A DNA stretch of 64,000 nt from Vicugna vicugna (lineage: Eukaryota). Below the pieces are notes generated by a model, which made no database searches, was not told the DNA's origin, and was given only the letters and a program-made list of their open reading frames with translations. Shown here piece after piece: positions 12,001-23,725 of this stretch. Numbering within the stretch: position 1 is the stretch's first letter; every line of letters starts with the position of its first letter. The position numbers were made by a program, and so were the translations under genes. Where the stretch lies: contig MU058645.1 in assembly GCA_013265495.1 (NCBI GenBank), positions 848,995 through 912,994 of the forward strand. Direction: 5' to 3'.

Positions 12001-12700
12001 TTAATTCTAAGATTTATATTTTTTATGCCTAAATGTTCCATATGGTTCTTTTTGTTTTTTCAGATATGACTGGCCAGTTTTGTAACTTTTATTTTGCACT
12101 CATCTTTATCATGTATTTTTTAACTTATTTTGACCATTTTCACTTGTAGCTATTTTATATTCTGTATCTAATGCCAATATTTTAAAACTGGAGGCTTTAT
12201 ATATGGTGTTTGGTGGTTTGGCTTATTTTTTTAGAGTGGTTTATACATTTTCTTTGAGATAATAAGATTCATTTATTTGTGAAGTTATATTTTATTTACC
12301 TTCATCTGTAGTGATTCCAGGATCTAAACTGGTAACGCTCTCACCTAAAGGAGATCTGTGTTGACTTCTCCCAAGAACCAAAGGGCACTACTTACTCTGA
12401 GGCCAATCTAGTCCCTATTAAAAGAACTCAGTTAATGAGGGAGTTTGGGGGTCATTTCTCTAATGTCCACAGAGATTTTTTTTCTCTGCATAGTGGTGCT
12501 TTTCTAAGTATTTGATCTCAAGGTCATCTTCTAAATGTTCGTTTATTATTCACTGCTCTCTCTCATGGTCTTAGATCCCTTTCTTCAGCTTTCTCAATCT
12601 TATTTAATCTTAGTTGTATGAATAAAGGTGAGCTCAGGGATACATTAGAAGGTATGGTTACTGTTATATATCCAAGATCTAGCTTTTTACATCAAATGCT
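9100..12700 (-). mobile_element. Ancient, rearranged/deleted L1 (L1MC/ME-type) with ORF1 and ORF2 remnants
   Basis: T-rich plus strand; minus-strand ORF 10846-11073 (NTINLLDLMNIFRTLH..EYAF, L1 endonuclease-like) and ORF 11649-11879 (LRNMENRMKRDNLCLI..FEKIMTKNFSELMKGINPQI, L1 ORF1-like). Confidence 0.8.
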
Positions 12701-13109
12701 TATTCAAATTATCTATTCTGAGATATTGCCACACACAGGAGACCCAATCTGTGAAATGAGATTTTGAAGATGAAAATTAAATTATTGGAAAGGTATTAAA
12801 AGCTCAGGTTACCCCACTTTGCTTTACATAGAATTATACAAATAATTGGAACAATAAACAGGAAAAAAATTATTGTAGTAAAATCAAGAGTGGACTTTCT
12901 TCACCAGTCTATTCTTTTTTTTTTTTTTTTCAAATTCTCAGAGCTGTCAAGACACCACAGGATAGAACTGTTTCCTAACCAAGAGCATGGTGTTATCCGT
13001 AGCTGCATCAGGTAAAACTAGAAATAAGCATTAATCTTGTAACATCCTTAAGTTTAGAAAATATTTTAAATAAAGAGCTACACTAATATTATTGAAATTA
13101 AATAATAGT

Positions 13110-13325
13110 TACAGATATTAGGGTTTATAAAGTGATTTTCTATCAGTATCTCACCTAATCTTCACAACTTTCTGCAGGAGTAAACACTGTTTTATCCTCA
13201 GCTTATAGATGAAAACACTGAGAGCCGGTGAGGTCGAATGATTCACTGAAGGTCGCACACACAGGGACAAACTTGGGACATGCAGCCAAGATTACTGATT
13301 CTGTTTCCTGGGTTCTTTCCATTAC
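13110..13325 (-). mobile_element. MIR SINE
   Basis: atctcacctaatcttcacaac..ttatagatgaaaacactgagagccggtgagg..aaggtcgcac core. Confidence 0.7.
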
Positions 13326-13463
13326 ATTGTCGTTAAAATGATTTTTTTAATGTTAATTGAATTAACCTAGATGGGAAAGATTCTCTTCCCGTCCCCTGGA
13401 AACAGTTTTTAAAGTGGCAATCAAAAAAAAAAGTAACACAATGATGAAGAAAAATATACTTAC

Positions 13464-13544
13464 CTACACAGCAGTGAAAATTGCAAACCAAACTTAATGA
13501 AAACAAAAATCACAGGTGGATGTCACCACAGTTTTTTATTAGTA
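13464..13544 (-). pseudogene. Probable GREB1-family pseudo-exon LIKNCG/HPPVIFVFIK
   Basis: gttcttggttactctag| acceptor, consensus AG|gtaagt donor; with one frameshift reads LIKNCG-HPPVIFV ~ LTKACRQPPIVFL. Confidence 0.5.
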
Positions 13545-13803
13545 CTAGAGTAACCAAGAACAAAGCAATGCAGCTGGGCAGGATGAGGCTTATTTAAGCA
13601 CAATATTAAAACATGTAGAAATCGGCATGCTCTGACACCATCCTTGGTGCTCAAGCTCCATTTTCTAATTGGGATGAGAGGCTAAATGGCTAACACACCT
13701 ACAAGAAGGCTTCAGTCAGTATGTCTAAGACTGGAGGGTTCCAAATCCTAAATACATAGCTACTCAAGAGATTCTATTTGATTCTGTGGTCACTGTTTCT
13801 TAC

Positions 13804-14047
13804 ACTATCCCACATCCTAGAGGAAGCTGAGGGCCCTGCCGTGCACCTTCCAGTTCCCTCGGAGGAAATATAACTTAGCTGGGCCCAGAGCCCACTCTCC
13901 CATTGCCCTGCCCAGCACCAGCACTGCAGACTGCCCACGGGGGCTCCCCGGGCACTGTCCGGAACCTGTAAGTGATTCTGAGGCTCAGGGAACTCATCTG
14001 GGTCTTGGGATGCCAAATGCCCAAAATTCAGCCAATTTCGCCGTAGA
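13804..14047 (-). pseudogene. GREB1-family pseudo-exon LRRNWLNFGH..PEPQNHLQV..
   Basis: Acceptor gggccaaag|, donor |gtaaga, 244 nt, phase 2->0, open; LRRNW..DEFPEPQNHLQV~LRMW..DVEWRPQTYLEL. Confidence 0.6.
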
Positions 14048-15077
14048 CTTTGGCCCATGAACAACAGACAAAGATCATCATAAGGCCATTTAAAAATTAA
14101 AAACCTAACTGCTGGTTAGTCCTGCTGCAGGAGACCAAAGTGACCCATGTTGAAACACGATCCAGCATAAGTTCTCTACTGCTCGGCTTCCCTTTTGACA
14201 TGTGTCCCAGTCTGGGGGAGTCTGTTTTTGTCTTAATAAAGGCATCTGGCTTACATATTAGGAACAGTGCCTGCTGGGCCCCCGGGAGGATTGTCTGACA
14301 CCCGTTACCTGACAGCTTCCACTTGAAGAATATCACCCTTAGATACAAGCAGTAGAAAAACAAAGACTTCCCTGAGGGTGCAGTGTGAGCCACAGGAACC
14401 ACTGGACCAGAGCTTAGCTGATGAACAACACACCGACTGCAGAGGAGCTTAGAGACGTAGAACATTCACAGTCTGCTTGTGCCACCGCGCAACCATTCGG
14501 AGCTATTTTCTAAGCTACGGTTTAGCCTCCTAGGACATGTGAATGTTAAAGGCACTTTCACTATAAACTCAAGGAAATATATTGAATAGGTTTTGCTAAA
14601 CATCACCATATATGCAGCAACGGGAAGGCCACATTGAAACCATGCTACGAAAGATATTGAAACATTCACAAAAATAGAACAGGACATATTTATGGGTTTA
14701 TAATCTTCTTTGCGGTTTACAAATTGAGTATTGATAAAGAAAGGCTTAAAATGGAAGCACCTGCTGTGCAGAAACCCGCGGGTGGCTAGCAGCTGCTCGT
14801 GTCCGGTGAGCTCCTGCGTGGGGGCCCTTGTGCAGCCGCAGAGTCAGACACGGCACGACGGCCGCGGTGCCGGATACATGTGACTACCACGCGCAAAGCT
14901 GTATTCATTCCAAGAATTAGCCCCAAAGTCGTGTATATTTATTCCATGTAAAAGTTAGGGGCTGAATCTTGATAATTTGGCCCAGTGTCCCTGCAAATTG
15001 GTCCTTCTTTGTCATTCATAATGTCACAGCTGTTCTTGTCAGAAGGGGAACAAAGACCAGAAAGACAATCCATTTAG

Positions 15078-15715
15078 TTTTTTTCCTTTTTTTATTGAAG
15101 TACAGTCAGTTTACAGTGCTGTGTCAATTTCTGGTGTAGAGCAAAATGTTTCAGTCATACATAGACATATATATTCCTTTTCATATTCTTTTTCTTTATA
15201 GGCTTCTGCAAGATACTGAATATAGTTGCTTGTGCTATACAGGACGCCCTTATGATTTGTCTACTTTATATATAAAGTACATAAATAGCACATATTTTAT
15301 ATATAGTAATTAGTATCTGCAGATCCCCAACTCTCAATTTATCCCTTCTCACCCCATTTCTCCCCACCAACCATATATTTGTTTTCTATATGTCTGTGAG
15401 TTTGTCTTTGTTTTGTAAATAAGTTCATTTGTGTCTTTTTTTTTAGATTCCACATATGAGTGGTATCATATGGTATTTTTCTTTCTTTCTGGGTTACTTA
15501 ATTTACCATGATGACCACTAGGTCCATCCATGTTGCAACAAATGGCATTATTTCACTCTTGTTTATGGCTGAGCATATTCCATTGTATAAATACACCACG
15601 TCTTCTTTATCCAGTCTTCTGTCAGTGAGCATTTAGGTGGCTTCCATGTCTTGGCTGTTGTAAATAGTGCTGCCATTAACATTAGGGTGCATGTATCTTT
15701 TCAAATTAGAATTCC
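15078..15715 (-). mobile_element. L1 3' end (recent, camelid-type)
   Basis: ttttattgaagtacagtcagtttacagtgctgtgtcaatttctggtgta..ggtgcatgtatcttttcaaattaga. Confidence 0.85.
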
Positions 15716-16120
15716 CTCCAATAATTCATTTGGTTTTCATTCCTTGCTCTTCCTTTGAAAAAGGAAAGAAGAAAAGGGTCTGTCTCTCTCTGCAGGTTTG
15801 TTCACCTGCTCTTGTTCTTGATGCAACATGCTGTCCTGCCAGCCCAGGTCTCCACACCATGCAGCCATACAGAATGGTCTAAACCAAGGGGCTGCTTCCA
15901 CCCTTTGATAAAGATGTGGCTCTTCCCCCACTGAAGCGATGCACCTCCAGCAGGCTGGTGAAGTGAGCTGAACAGGGACCGGCAGAGTGGATCCCAGGCT
16001 TTCAACATGAACACGCCTGTTAGGAATGAAACGCAGCTGCTTTTACCGGACCTTCCCAGCCCTGTGCCTGGGTGCCAGATTTCATCTTTGCATCCAGCTC
16101 CCTCATGCTCTTTGCCTCAC

Positions 16121-16192
16121 CTCCTCTGTTGTGCCTGTTCTGGCCCTGCTTCCTGAAGGAACTGCTGGCCGATGAGAGAGACTTCAAAACTC
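16121..16192 (-). pseudogene. GREB1-family pseudo-exon SFEVSLIGQQFLQEAGPEQAQQR
   Basis: ttgttcaag| acceptor, GAG|gtgagg donor, 72 nt, phase 2->2; SFEVSLIGQQFLQE~HFEIILG..VGKHFVKQ. Confidence 0.65.
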
Positions 16193-17483
16193 CTTGAACA
16201 ACTAAACAATTGCCTCCCACCCTTCCTGAAGCCAATAAGGATGTTTGCAAAAACCCAAACAGCCTGGGGAGGTGTCAGGAAGTGAACCAAGGAAGGCACG
16301 CTGTTTATGGGCCAGAAGTATTGCAGGAACTTTATTCTGGTTTGGTTGTTTGAATTGAAAAGGGACCCCAGCCCTTCCCAGGGAAACGCTGACAGTCTAC
16401 AGACAACCATCCAGAGAGACTGTCTCCGCCCGGGATGTCTGGCTGCAAGCCTCAGGGGGCCCAAGAAAGGAGACAAATGATGAAAGGATGACAAAAATAA
16501 TTGCTTACCTAGGACAGCATAAAGAGAAACAGGGAAATTTTAGAACAGACTTCTCAAACGCTCTCACACATCGGGACTTGCCAAGTGCTCTGCTCACTCC
16601 GGTACTGGAGACTCGCTCATGTTGGAAACGTTATAAAGCCTTCGTTGGCAGAAAACAGGGAAATATGCTGTAGAAAACAACGCAGGCAGCATTTGGCAGC
16701 ATATGAGAGATAGAGAAGCCCAGGAAATAGAGAACCCTGAAGCCGTCTGGATTAAAGAGCGGGTGAGGGGGTCACAGTCCCCTCGTGGGACAAAACAGAG
16801 ATGGGACAGTGGAGTTTAGAACTTTTGGAACTGAATGATGCCTTAAACACCGTCTGTGAGAACTCGCAGGCTTTCTGTAGTAACGATGCGCTGGAGGCAG
16901 ATCATCCAGTTTAAGCAATCCAATACTCCAAGGGTTAGACTGAATGAGGCTGAGGAACTTAGAAGTCAGGAGAAAGAGTCCTGTGCACAGATGGGAACTA
17001 ATGGTGTCGACAGAGTGAGACCCATGAGGTATCAGGTAGAAAGAAGGAGGAGGCTGGGACCACAGAGTCACAGGGCTAGGGGCTGCCAGCTAGCATAACT
17101 CTTACGAAGAATCATGGAAGATGAGTATTATCTCTCCTAAAGCTAGGTATTTTACAGTCATTACTTAGACGTGCTTAAAATAACTTTAAAATCCCCACAA
17201 ATGGACTAACCTGGCTATGATTTTTAAAAAGAAAACTTTGTCTATCAGAACCAAAGATGACTTTCAATGTTATAAATGACTACAAGAACTGAGTCTAAAG
17301 AAGTCACCATCGTCTGTGGCCAACAGCTCAAACCGTTCCTCCCGGGGCCCAGGAACAACCAAATGCATGCAGTCCCCCACGCCCAGGCCCCCTGATTCTG
17401 GGAGACCCGGTCTTGCCCGTACCCGCCTGCTCTCTGCTCACAAGAGGAGCGACACGTGCTCCGCCCACCTTTCACCGGTTTAC

Positions 17484-17596
17484 CAAAGAGGGCCCAATTC
17501 TAAAACTGAAGATCTTCCCATGAAAGTGAGACAATCAGATGAGGAGAAACAGAACTGCATTCTCAGCCACACCTTGGTCTTCATTCCAGTCCAAAC
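17484..17596 (-). pseudogene. GREB1-family pseudo-exon VWTGMKTKVWLRMQFCF..LELGPL
   Basis: cctttttcagcag| acceptor, |gtaaac donor, 113 nt, phase 0->2, chains in frame to the exon starting at 16192; KVWLRM~MVLLRV with a similar spacing to the FE motif. Confidence 0.65.
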
Positions 17597-18336
17597 CTGC
17601 TGAAAAAGGAATAAAGGAAGCCATGTTCCCATTCAACCTTGACCACCACACCTGAGACCCTCTGCTTTTCATAAGAGCTTGAGCTCCTGGGGTTCTGGTT
17701 TCTGCTCTCAAAGGGGAAAGTAAGAGAAGGAAATGTCTAGCCCAGAATAGCTGATAGCACTGTGAAATCGTGCTCTGTAGGAATAAAGCAGCTTGAGGAT
17801 TTTTTTTTTTTAATATCCAAGAGGTTCTTACAAAGATGGTGTCAAACAATCCTTGGACATATTGATGCCAAAGCACCTTGAAACACTTTGGCCTTAGAAT
17901 ATGCTGTGAACTAAAGTATGTCCTCCTGAAACACTGCCCTACCTTCCTTTCTTTAAATTGGGTTCAGAGAATGGTGTTTTTTCTCCATTAAGTATTATTA
18001 GTTAGTTTCTTTAGTCATACTTACAATAGTCAATTCAGAAAAAAAAAATCACCATGGGTTCAACTTCCTGAACTGCCTTTCTGAGCTAGTAATGTATCAT
18101 CAGCTCCTCACTAGCTCGTAACCAGGATGAACGTTAACGAGTTTCACTCCCCATAGTTTCCTAAGTCGGCACCCATCACATCAACAGCGAGTTTCTGCTC
18201 CCTGAGATGAGATTTAAGTTCACATTGGTGCTATTCGACTTCCACAGAGCCTTTTGCATCAGAAACAATGAATTTCCTTACGCATCAAAATGTCCACACA
18301 TCAATTAGTGGACAAAGTGTATTTGTACCTTACAGC

Positions 18337-18722
18337 TGTGGTGGGTTAAATGGTATTTTCCCAAAATTCGTGTGTTAAAGCTCCAACCGCCAGTTTCTCA
18401 GGATGGAGGTGGGGGTCTCTAAAGAGGTAATTATATCAATGTGAGGCCTTTAGGGTAGACCCTTACCCAATGTGACTGATGTCCTTATAAAAAGAGGAGA
18501 TTAAGACACAGACAGAGGTGGAGGGCCCCGTGCACAGAGGGATGACCGTGTGGGGAGGCAGCGGCAGGACGGCCACCTGCAAGCTGGGAGGCCTCAGAGG
18601 AAGTCGCCCTGCCGGCTCCTCCATCTCCAGCTTTCAGCCCCGGAAATGAGAGACAAGAAACGTCCACTGTTTTAGCTGCCCAGTCTTGGCATCTCGGTAT
18701 GACAGCTGGAACAAACGAAGAT
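18337..18722 (+). mobile_element. MaLR LTR (MLT1B/C-like)
   Basis: tgtggtgggttaaatggt..ccaaaattcgtgtgttaaag..gtccttataaaaagaggagatt..gaggcctcagaggaa. Confidence 0.8.
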
Positions 18723-19640
18723 GCTAGCCATCTCCTGGACGTACAGGGAATGTCCGGAAATGTTCAGATCCCATCAGTCAAGTTCAGTGGGATGGCTGGA
18801 CCGCACTGATTTTGCTGTGCCGGACTTGTTTCCTGTTCATCCTTAAGGGAACACAGACCTCCCACCTGAGTGCCTAGTCTGGCCTGGAAATATGGAAAAG
18901 GGCTGCTGACTGGAGTCTCGAGGAAAGAGGAGGCAGGAAGCTAGCTCAGCGCAAATTAACACTGAACTGAGAGAAACTGACCCCCCAGACCTCCCACGTC
19001 TCCTCCCCTTTGTCTCTGTGCCTCGTCCTCCCTCCTCCTCCGTGTTCCTGTCTGCAAAGTGAGCATTACAAACCCTAGCTCAAAACGTAGTAAGGATGGG
19101 TGAATTAATGCACTTGAGTACTTCTCAGATGACAGAGAAGAATAAAATATGGTGGCCTAGGGCCCAAGAGAAGGAGACAGAGTTAGTAATTATGGAGAAC
19201 GTACCGTGCGTCAAATGCTGCCCTAAACCCTTTGCGTGGATTATCCATCTCATTAAAATCTCTCCATAGTCCTGTGGGGCAGGTAGTAGTAGCAACTGCA
19301 TTTTACAAATGTGTTTACTTACGTCCAGAAGGGTTTGCCTGCTGCCCAGTTCACGCCGATAGCAAGCGAAACCCGCAGCTGGAGGGACCCCGAGACCCAA
19401 GCTCTACACTGCTCTGGTCTGCCCGAAGTTTGGGTTTTCCTATCCTAGCGAATAAATTCACGCTAATTTTGCATAGTCATCTGATACTTGTGCTCATATC
19501 CAACAGAGACAGAAGCTATGAATGTATGTGAGTATGTGAAGGCTTTTTCTTTTTCATTTGGAAAGGCAAGTGACAGCTGGCAAAAGAAAAGAATTTCTTA
19601 AAAACACACAGGAAGGCAGAGGAAAAGTGCACACACCCAC

Positions 19641-20093
19641 CTGAGCAAAGCACCGCACTGGCGAGTGTCAGGTGGTGTAGAACCTTGAGGGTTTGGGGAT
19701 GAAAAACAAAGAGAGACGAGAGTTTCAGGGAACACCTGCTCTGTGTGGAGGATGTGGACAGAAGCAGGAATGGGAGAATTATGTTCCAGAGTTTTTTCCC
19801 TGTGCATCGAGAACGTATCATCTACTGACCCCTCTCCCCCGTCTTTTTTGAAAAGGGATGTTAAATCCTTGAATGGCTTTAAATTCCTCTTGAGCTGAGT
19901 TGAGCTTATGAGAAAATGAGAAAACACTGGCCACACAGCTCCCATTTCTACTTGGGTAATATTTTCCACAGTATTTTCTAGGCTAGATGTTCTAAAGCCA
20001 ACTTGGAGTCCCTCGCTGTACTTTGGTTTCCATTGTTTGCCCTGTACCTGACCGAGAGTGTTTTGACTCACGAGCTTTACCAGCACAAGATTG
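19641..20093 (-). pseudogene. Large GREB1-family pseudo-exon NLVLVKLV..HFLISS..SVDDTFSM..ETLVSLCFSSP
   Basis: Strong acceptor ttctgtcattcttccag|; open for 150 codons; donor either at 19736 (gtgttc, phase 0) or 19641 (gtgggt, phase 2); HFLISS~HTLISP, VDDTFS~YDSSFE, ETLVSLCFSSP~ETLEITQNLLNSP. Confidence 0.65.
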
Positions 20094-20743
20094 CTGGAAG
20101 AATGACAGAACGAAGCAGGAGTGGGCAGACCCTCGGCAAAACGTCCAAACATTGGAAGGATGTCCTATCAACCACCAGAGCTTTGTAGCCAACATCCCCA
20201 AATTTTAGGTGCCTAACAAAACAAGCCTTTTTTTTATTCACACCAAGGCTGACACATTCTGATGGAGGACAACTCTCCAACAAGAGGTGGCACAGAATCC
20301 AGGGTCCTTTGATCTGTGACACACGCGTTCCAACACACGCCTTCAGAGTCAGCCAAGACAGGCTAAGAAAACATGGCAAGTCACACACTGGTTCTGCCTT
20401 TCAGCTCCAAGGGGCTGAGACGAGGTGCCTTCCTGTTTCTGGAAAGGGGAAGAGAGCTGGAATTATTCTTGGAAACTAGTAATGTCTACCACAAGTGTGG
20501 TAGAGACCACAGATTAGTTTTACAATCTGAAGGAAAATACACTGAATAGGACTCAATGTTTCACACACAGTAATGGATGTACATGGTAGACCATTAGGTC
20601 ACTTAACAAGGAAGTCCAAAAGCTTCTTGCAAAGCTGCAAGCAAATGTTTTCTTCATGAACACCCAAAGAGACAGTGACGGCAACACACTTGGACTCATA
20701 GGAGGCCTGGAGAGAACCAGCCCCAGGCCCCTCAGGAGCTCAC

Positions 20744-20913
20744 TGTCTGCTGTAGGACTTGACGTCCAGCCAGTTCCGAAGCTGCTTCAGCAGCTCGACT
20801 TCCACTTTAAGCTTGAGAACGTCTCAGGACGCGCCAGGACATGGACCAGAGACCAACGGAGCTTTGAGTCACGGTTGGCTCTTGCCACTGGAACGGTACA
20901 GGCATGGAAAGTC
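20744..20913 (-). pseudogene. Disabled GREB1-family pseudo-exon ..SLVHVLARPE/DVLKLKVEVELLKQLRNWLDVKSYSR
   Basis: cagcttctag| acceptor, |gtgagc donor, 170 nt; no frame is open end to end; SLVHV~TLLHV, DVLKLKVE~YVLKLDTE. Confidence 0.65.
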
Positions 20914-21273
20914 CTAGAAGCTGAGAAAGGCTACTGCCTAGGGAGCTGAGAAAACCTCTTACCGGGCTCATCTGCGGACCCAAAGAGTAGCACCTGGTTT
21001 CTGTGAGGAGCACCTCGCTGGGCTGAGAGGAGTGAGGCCAAGTGGAGAGTCTCTGGGACCAAATGTCAAATTCTAATGCTCACTTTGTCAAAAGCAGACG
21101 GTTTAGGTGGCAGGGAGAGGGGGCAGGTGAAGCTGAGAGGTACGGCTGCCCCCTCCCCCACAAGGAGAACACCGGGAGTGACCAGAGAGGGCGAGAGGGG
21201 GTCTCTTTCATCTTTCTGGTGAAACAGGATTGTGCTCTGCTTTGCTGTCTCCTTGAGAGACTGGAAAAGCTAC

Positions 21274-21412
21274 TGATTCGTCTGTGTTGCTCTTTGGACT
21301 TGATCTGACATCTTTGATGAACCAGGCAGAGACTGAGCCTGGCCGGACCCTCATGCAGCAGGCGCGCACGCCCTTCCTTGTCTTTAATGAGCTCCAGCAT
21401 GTGGAATCACCA
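21274..21412 (-). pseudogene. Possible pseudo-exon SGDSTCWSSLKTRKGVRACCMRV..
   Basis: Weak splice sites; SGDSTCWSSL..GVRACCMRV~SGTPVCTSYNL..SIRPFQLAV at the expected collinear position. Confidence 0.4.
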
Positions 21413-21439
21413 CTTTCACGAGACATACCGCATCAGTCA

Positions 21440-21780
21440 GCTCAGGCTCCCGTGATGGGAAACCACAGACCCGGCATCTTAAACACCAGACACTCAGTCC
21501 TCACAGTCCTGAGGCTGAAAGGCCAAGATCAGGGTGCCGGTGAGGACTGGCCCCGGGGACAGCCCCTTCTGGCTTGCAGACAGCCCTCTTCTCCCTGTGT
21601 CCTCACTTGGGGAAGGGAAAGAAGACGAGCCCTCTGTCCTCTTCTTACAAGAGCGTTAATTCCATCACCGTCATGGCCTCATCTGAACCTCATTACCTTC
21701 CAAAGCCTTCAAACCCCATTGCACTGGGAGGCAGGGCTTCAACATGTGGATTTGGGAGGCACACAGTTCAGTCCACGGCA
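21440..21780 (-). mobile_element. MaLR LTR (MLT1A/B-like)
   Basis: accacagac..cttaaacaccagacac..tcacagtcctgaggctgaaa..agggcttcaacatgtggatttgggaggcacacagttcagtcca. Confidence 0.75.
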
Positions 21781-21954
21781 ACTTCCATGCTCATCTCGTG
21801 GCTTCTGGACACCCAGCCTGCTGGTCAGCTCCACCGAGAAGCGTGGCTTGACCTTTCTCCACATCTGGAGGCTTTTAATACTGCCCTCCGAGGTCTCCCT
21901 TTCATAAAATATCTATATTCACTTAACACTTGCTCAGTTTAAGAGTCAAGGCCT

Positions 21955-22083
21955 GGGGGAGGGTATAGCTCAAGTGGTAGAGCACATGCTCGACACACAC
22001 AACGTCCCAGGTTCAATCCCCAGCACCTCCTCCAAATAGAAATGAATGAATAAATCAAATTACCACCCACCCCCATGAAAAAA
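21955..22083 (+). mobile_element. tRNA-derived SINE (Tylopoda vic-1-like)
   Basis: gggggagggtatagctcaagtggtagagc (A box)..ggttcaatccc (B box), A-rich tail, degenerate TSD ..tcaaggcct/..tcgaagcct. Confidence 0.85.
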
Positions 22084-22184
22084 AAATCGAAGCCTACTTT
22101 TGCTTTTGTTTTCTACAAATTAACGTTAATTTTCCAGTTCTTTGAATTCTTGTAAGGGAACTAAATGCTCACCTAAAAATGTTT

Positions 22185-23230
22185 TCATCCGTTGAACAAA
22201 TATGTCCCATCCGAGGCTTTGTGCCATTTGCTCTCTGGACTCTGAGGATTCAGCAGCTCCTGAGAGTTACAGCCCAGGCCCCCTGGGACCTCCCCCCAGC
22301 AGTGACGAGGGGAAGTTTAACCGTCTGACGCCACAGATAACGCAGAACAGCAGGGAGGCCACGCCCCTAAACATGTAAGTCCAAGAAGGCCTCTCAGCAG
22401 AGGGGACACTTCACATGTGACCGGAAGGGTGGAGGCTAAGAGCTGGGAGAGGAGCATCTTAGGTGGAAAGCCAGCAAGTTCAAGGCCCCGCGATCAGGAG
22501 GGAGTGGGTGAGGGAGGCAAGAGCCGAAGTCACAGTGTAGCTAAGGAGTGAGGGTCTGACTCCAAACGCCTTGGTAGAGTGAACATTTTAAGAAAAATAA
22601 CATGAGTATAACCTCAAAGTAGTAACTTCCTTGCAGTTAAAGTAGTTTAGTGTATATTTACAGAACATGTGGAGGAGGGGAAAATGTATGTGATAACACC
22701 TTTCAAATACATGTAGAGCTGAGAAACATGGTGTAGGGCTCGGTGTAAGGATGGTGGATCGCAGGGCAGTTGACATGTGTAATCGACAGACAGTTCCCGA
22801 AAGAGCCTCCTGCCTCTGCTCCTGCTTCCGCTCCTGCCTCTACCCTAAACGTGCCTTTTTCTATGTGTTTGCGTGAGTCACTGAACCTCTGGAATACACT
22901 CTTAGAAGTATGGAAAATGAAAGTAAATGTTTACCGGGGAGCACGCTGGGTGTGTCCCTCAATCAGTCATTTACGTTAACAAATATTTACGGAGCACCTA
23001 CTGCGTGCCAGGCACTAGGCTGTGTCCCCAGGATGTGACGGTGAGCAGAACACGTAAGGGTCCTGCAGCTGAGTTCACAGTCCATGAGGAGAGCGACCCC
23101 CATCAAAGAAACAGAAGTGAATGACGGCAAACAGCTACAGAGAACTAGGGAAAACAGAGAGTCACTGGCGGGGAGACCCTCAGCTTGAAAGATCAGAGAA
23201 GTGTTGTCAAAGAACCTACATGATGCGGGG
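22185..23230 (-). mobile_element. L2 fragments
   Basis: cagtcatttacgttaacaaatatttacggagcacctactgcgtgccaggcactagg and similar L2 3' tails at 22185 and 22965. Confidence 0.6.
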
Positions 23231-23349
23231 TGAATTAGGAAAAGAAAAGTGAGTAACTTAGGCAAAAAAAAAGCCAAATCAGCCCCCAAATTTTTATGTA
23301 GAAGGAGCCTGGAGGTGGCAAGTGCCCCGGATCCCACTCCCCGTCTGCC

Positions 23350-23725
23350 ATGGGCTGCACTGTGCTCCCCGCAAATTCCCATGTTGGAGCCCTAACCTCC
23401 AGGACCTCAGAATGTGTTTGTATTCAGAGCCAGGGTCTTCGAAGAGGTGCTCAAGTTAAAATGAGGCTGGAGGATGGGCTCTGATGCCATGGGACTGGCT
23501 CCTTACAGAGGAAATCTGGGTACTGAGAGGCACAGAGGGAAGACCGTGTGAGGACCCAGGGAGGAGGCAGCCGTCCACAAGACGAGGAGAGATGTCTCAG
23601 AAGAAACCACACCTGCTGGCACTTGCTCTCAGACTCCTGGCCTCTAGAACTGTGAGGAATCAGGTTCCTGGCGTCTCAGCCCCCAGTCCGAGGCGCTTTG
23701 CTACAACAGTCCCAGCAAACAAACA
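23350..23725 (+). mobile_element. MaLR LTR (MLT1B-like)
   Basis: ctgtgctccccgcaaattcccatgttggagccctaacc..agaagaaaccacacctgctggcac..gcctctagaactgtgag. Confidence 0.8.

Noticed and set aside
13458..13490. Recursive splice site (AG/GTAAGT)
   Set aside because: Better explained as the donor of a small pseudo-exon at 13464-13544; the intron is also short for recursive splicing.
14308..14336. 29-nt mini-exon GDILQVEAV (and a similar 29-nt candidate at 6949-6977)
   Set aside because: Splice-like ends, but no convincing homology or unambiguous phase; the equal length is probably chance. Left uncalled.
21284..21907. 207-aa plus-strand ORF
   Set aside because: Mostly an antisense MLT1 LTR; TTG start; no protein-like features.
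21955..22030. tRNA gene
   Set aside because: It has A and B boxes but also an A-rich tail, a TSD and a second dispersed copy, so it is a SINE, not a tRNA.
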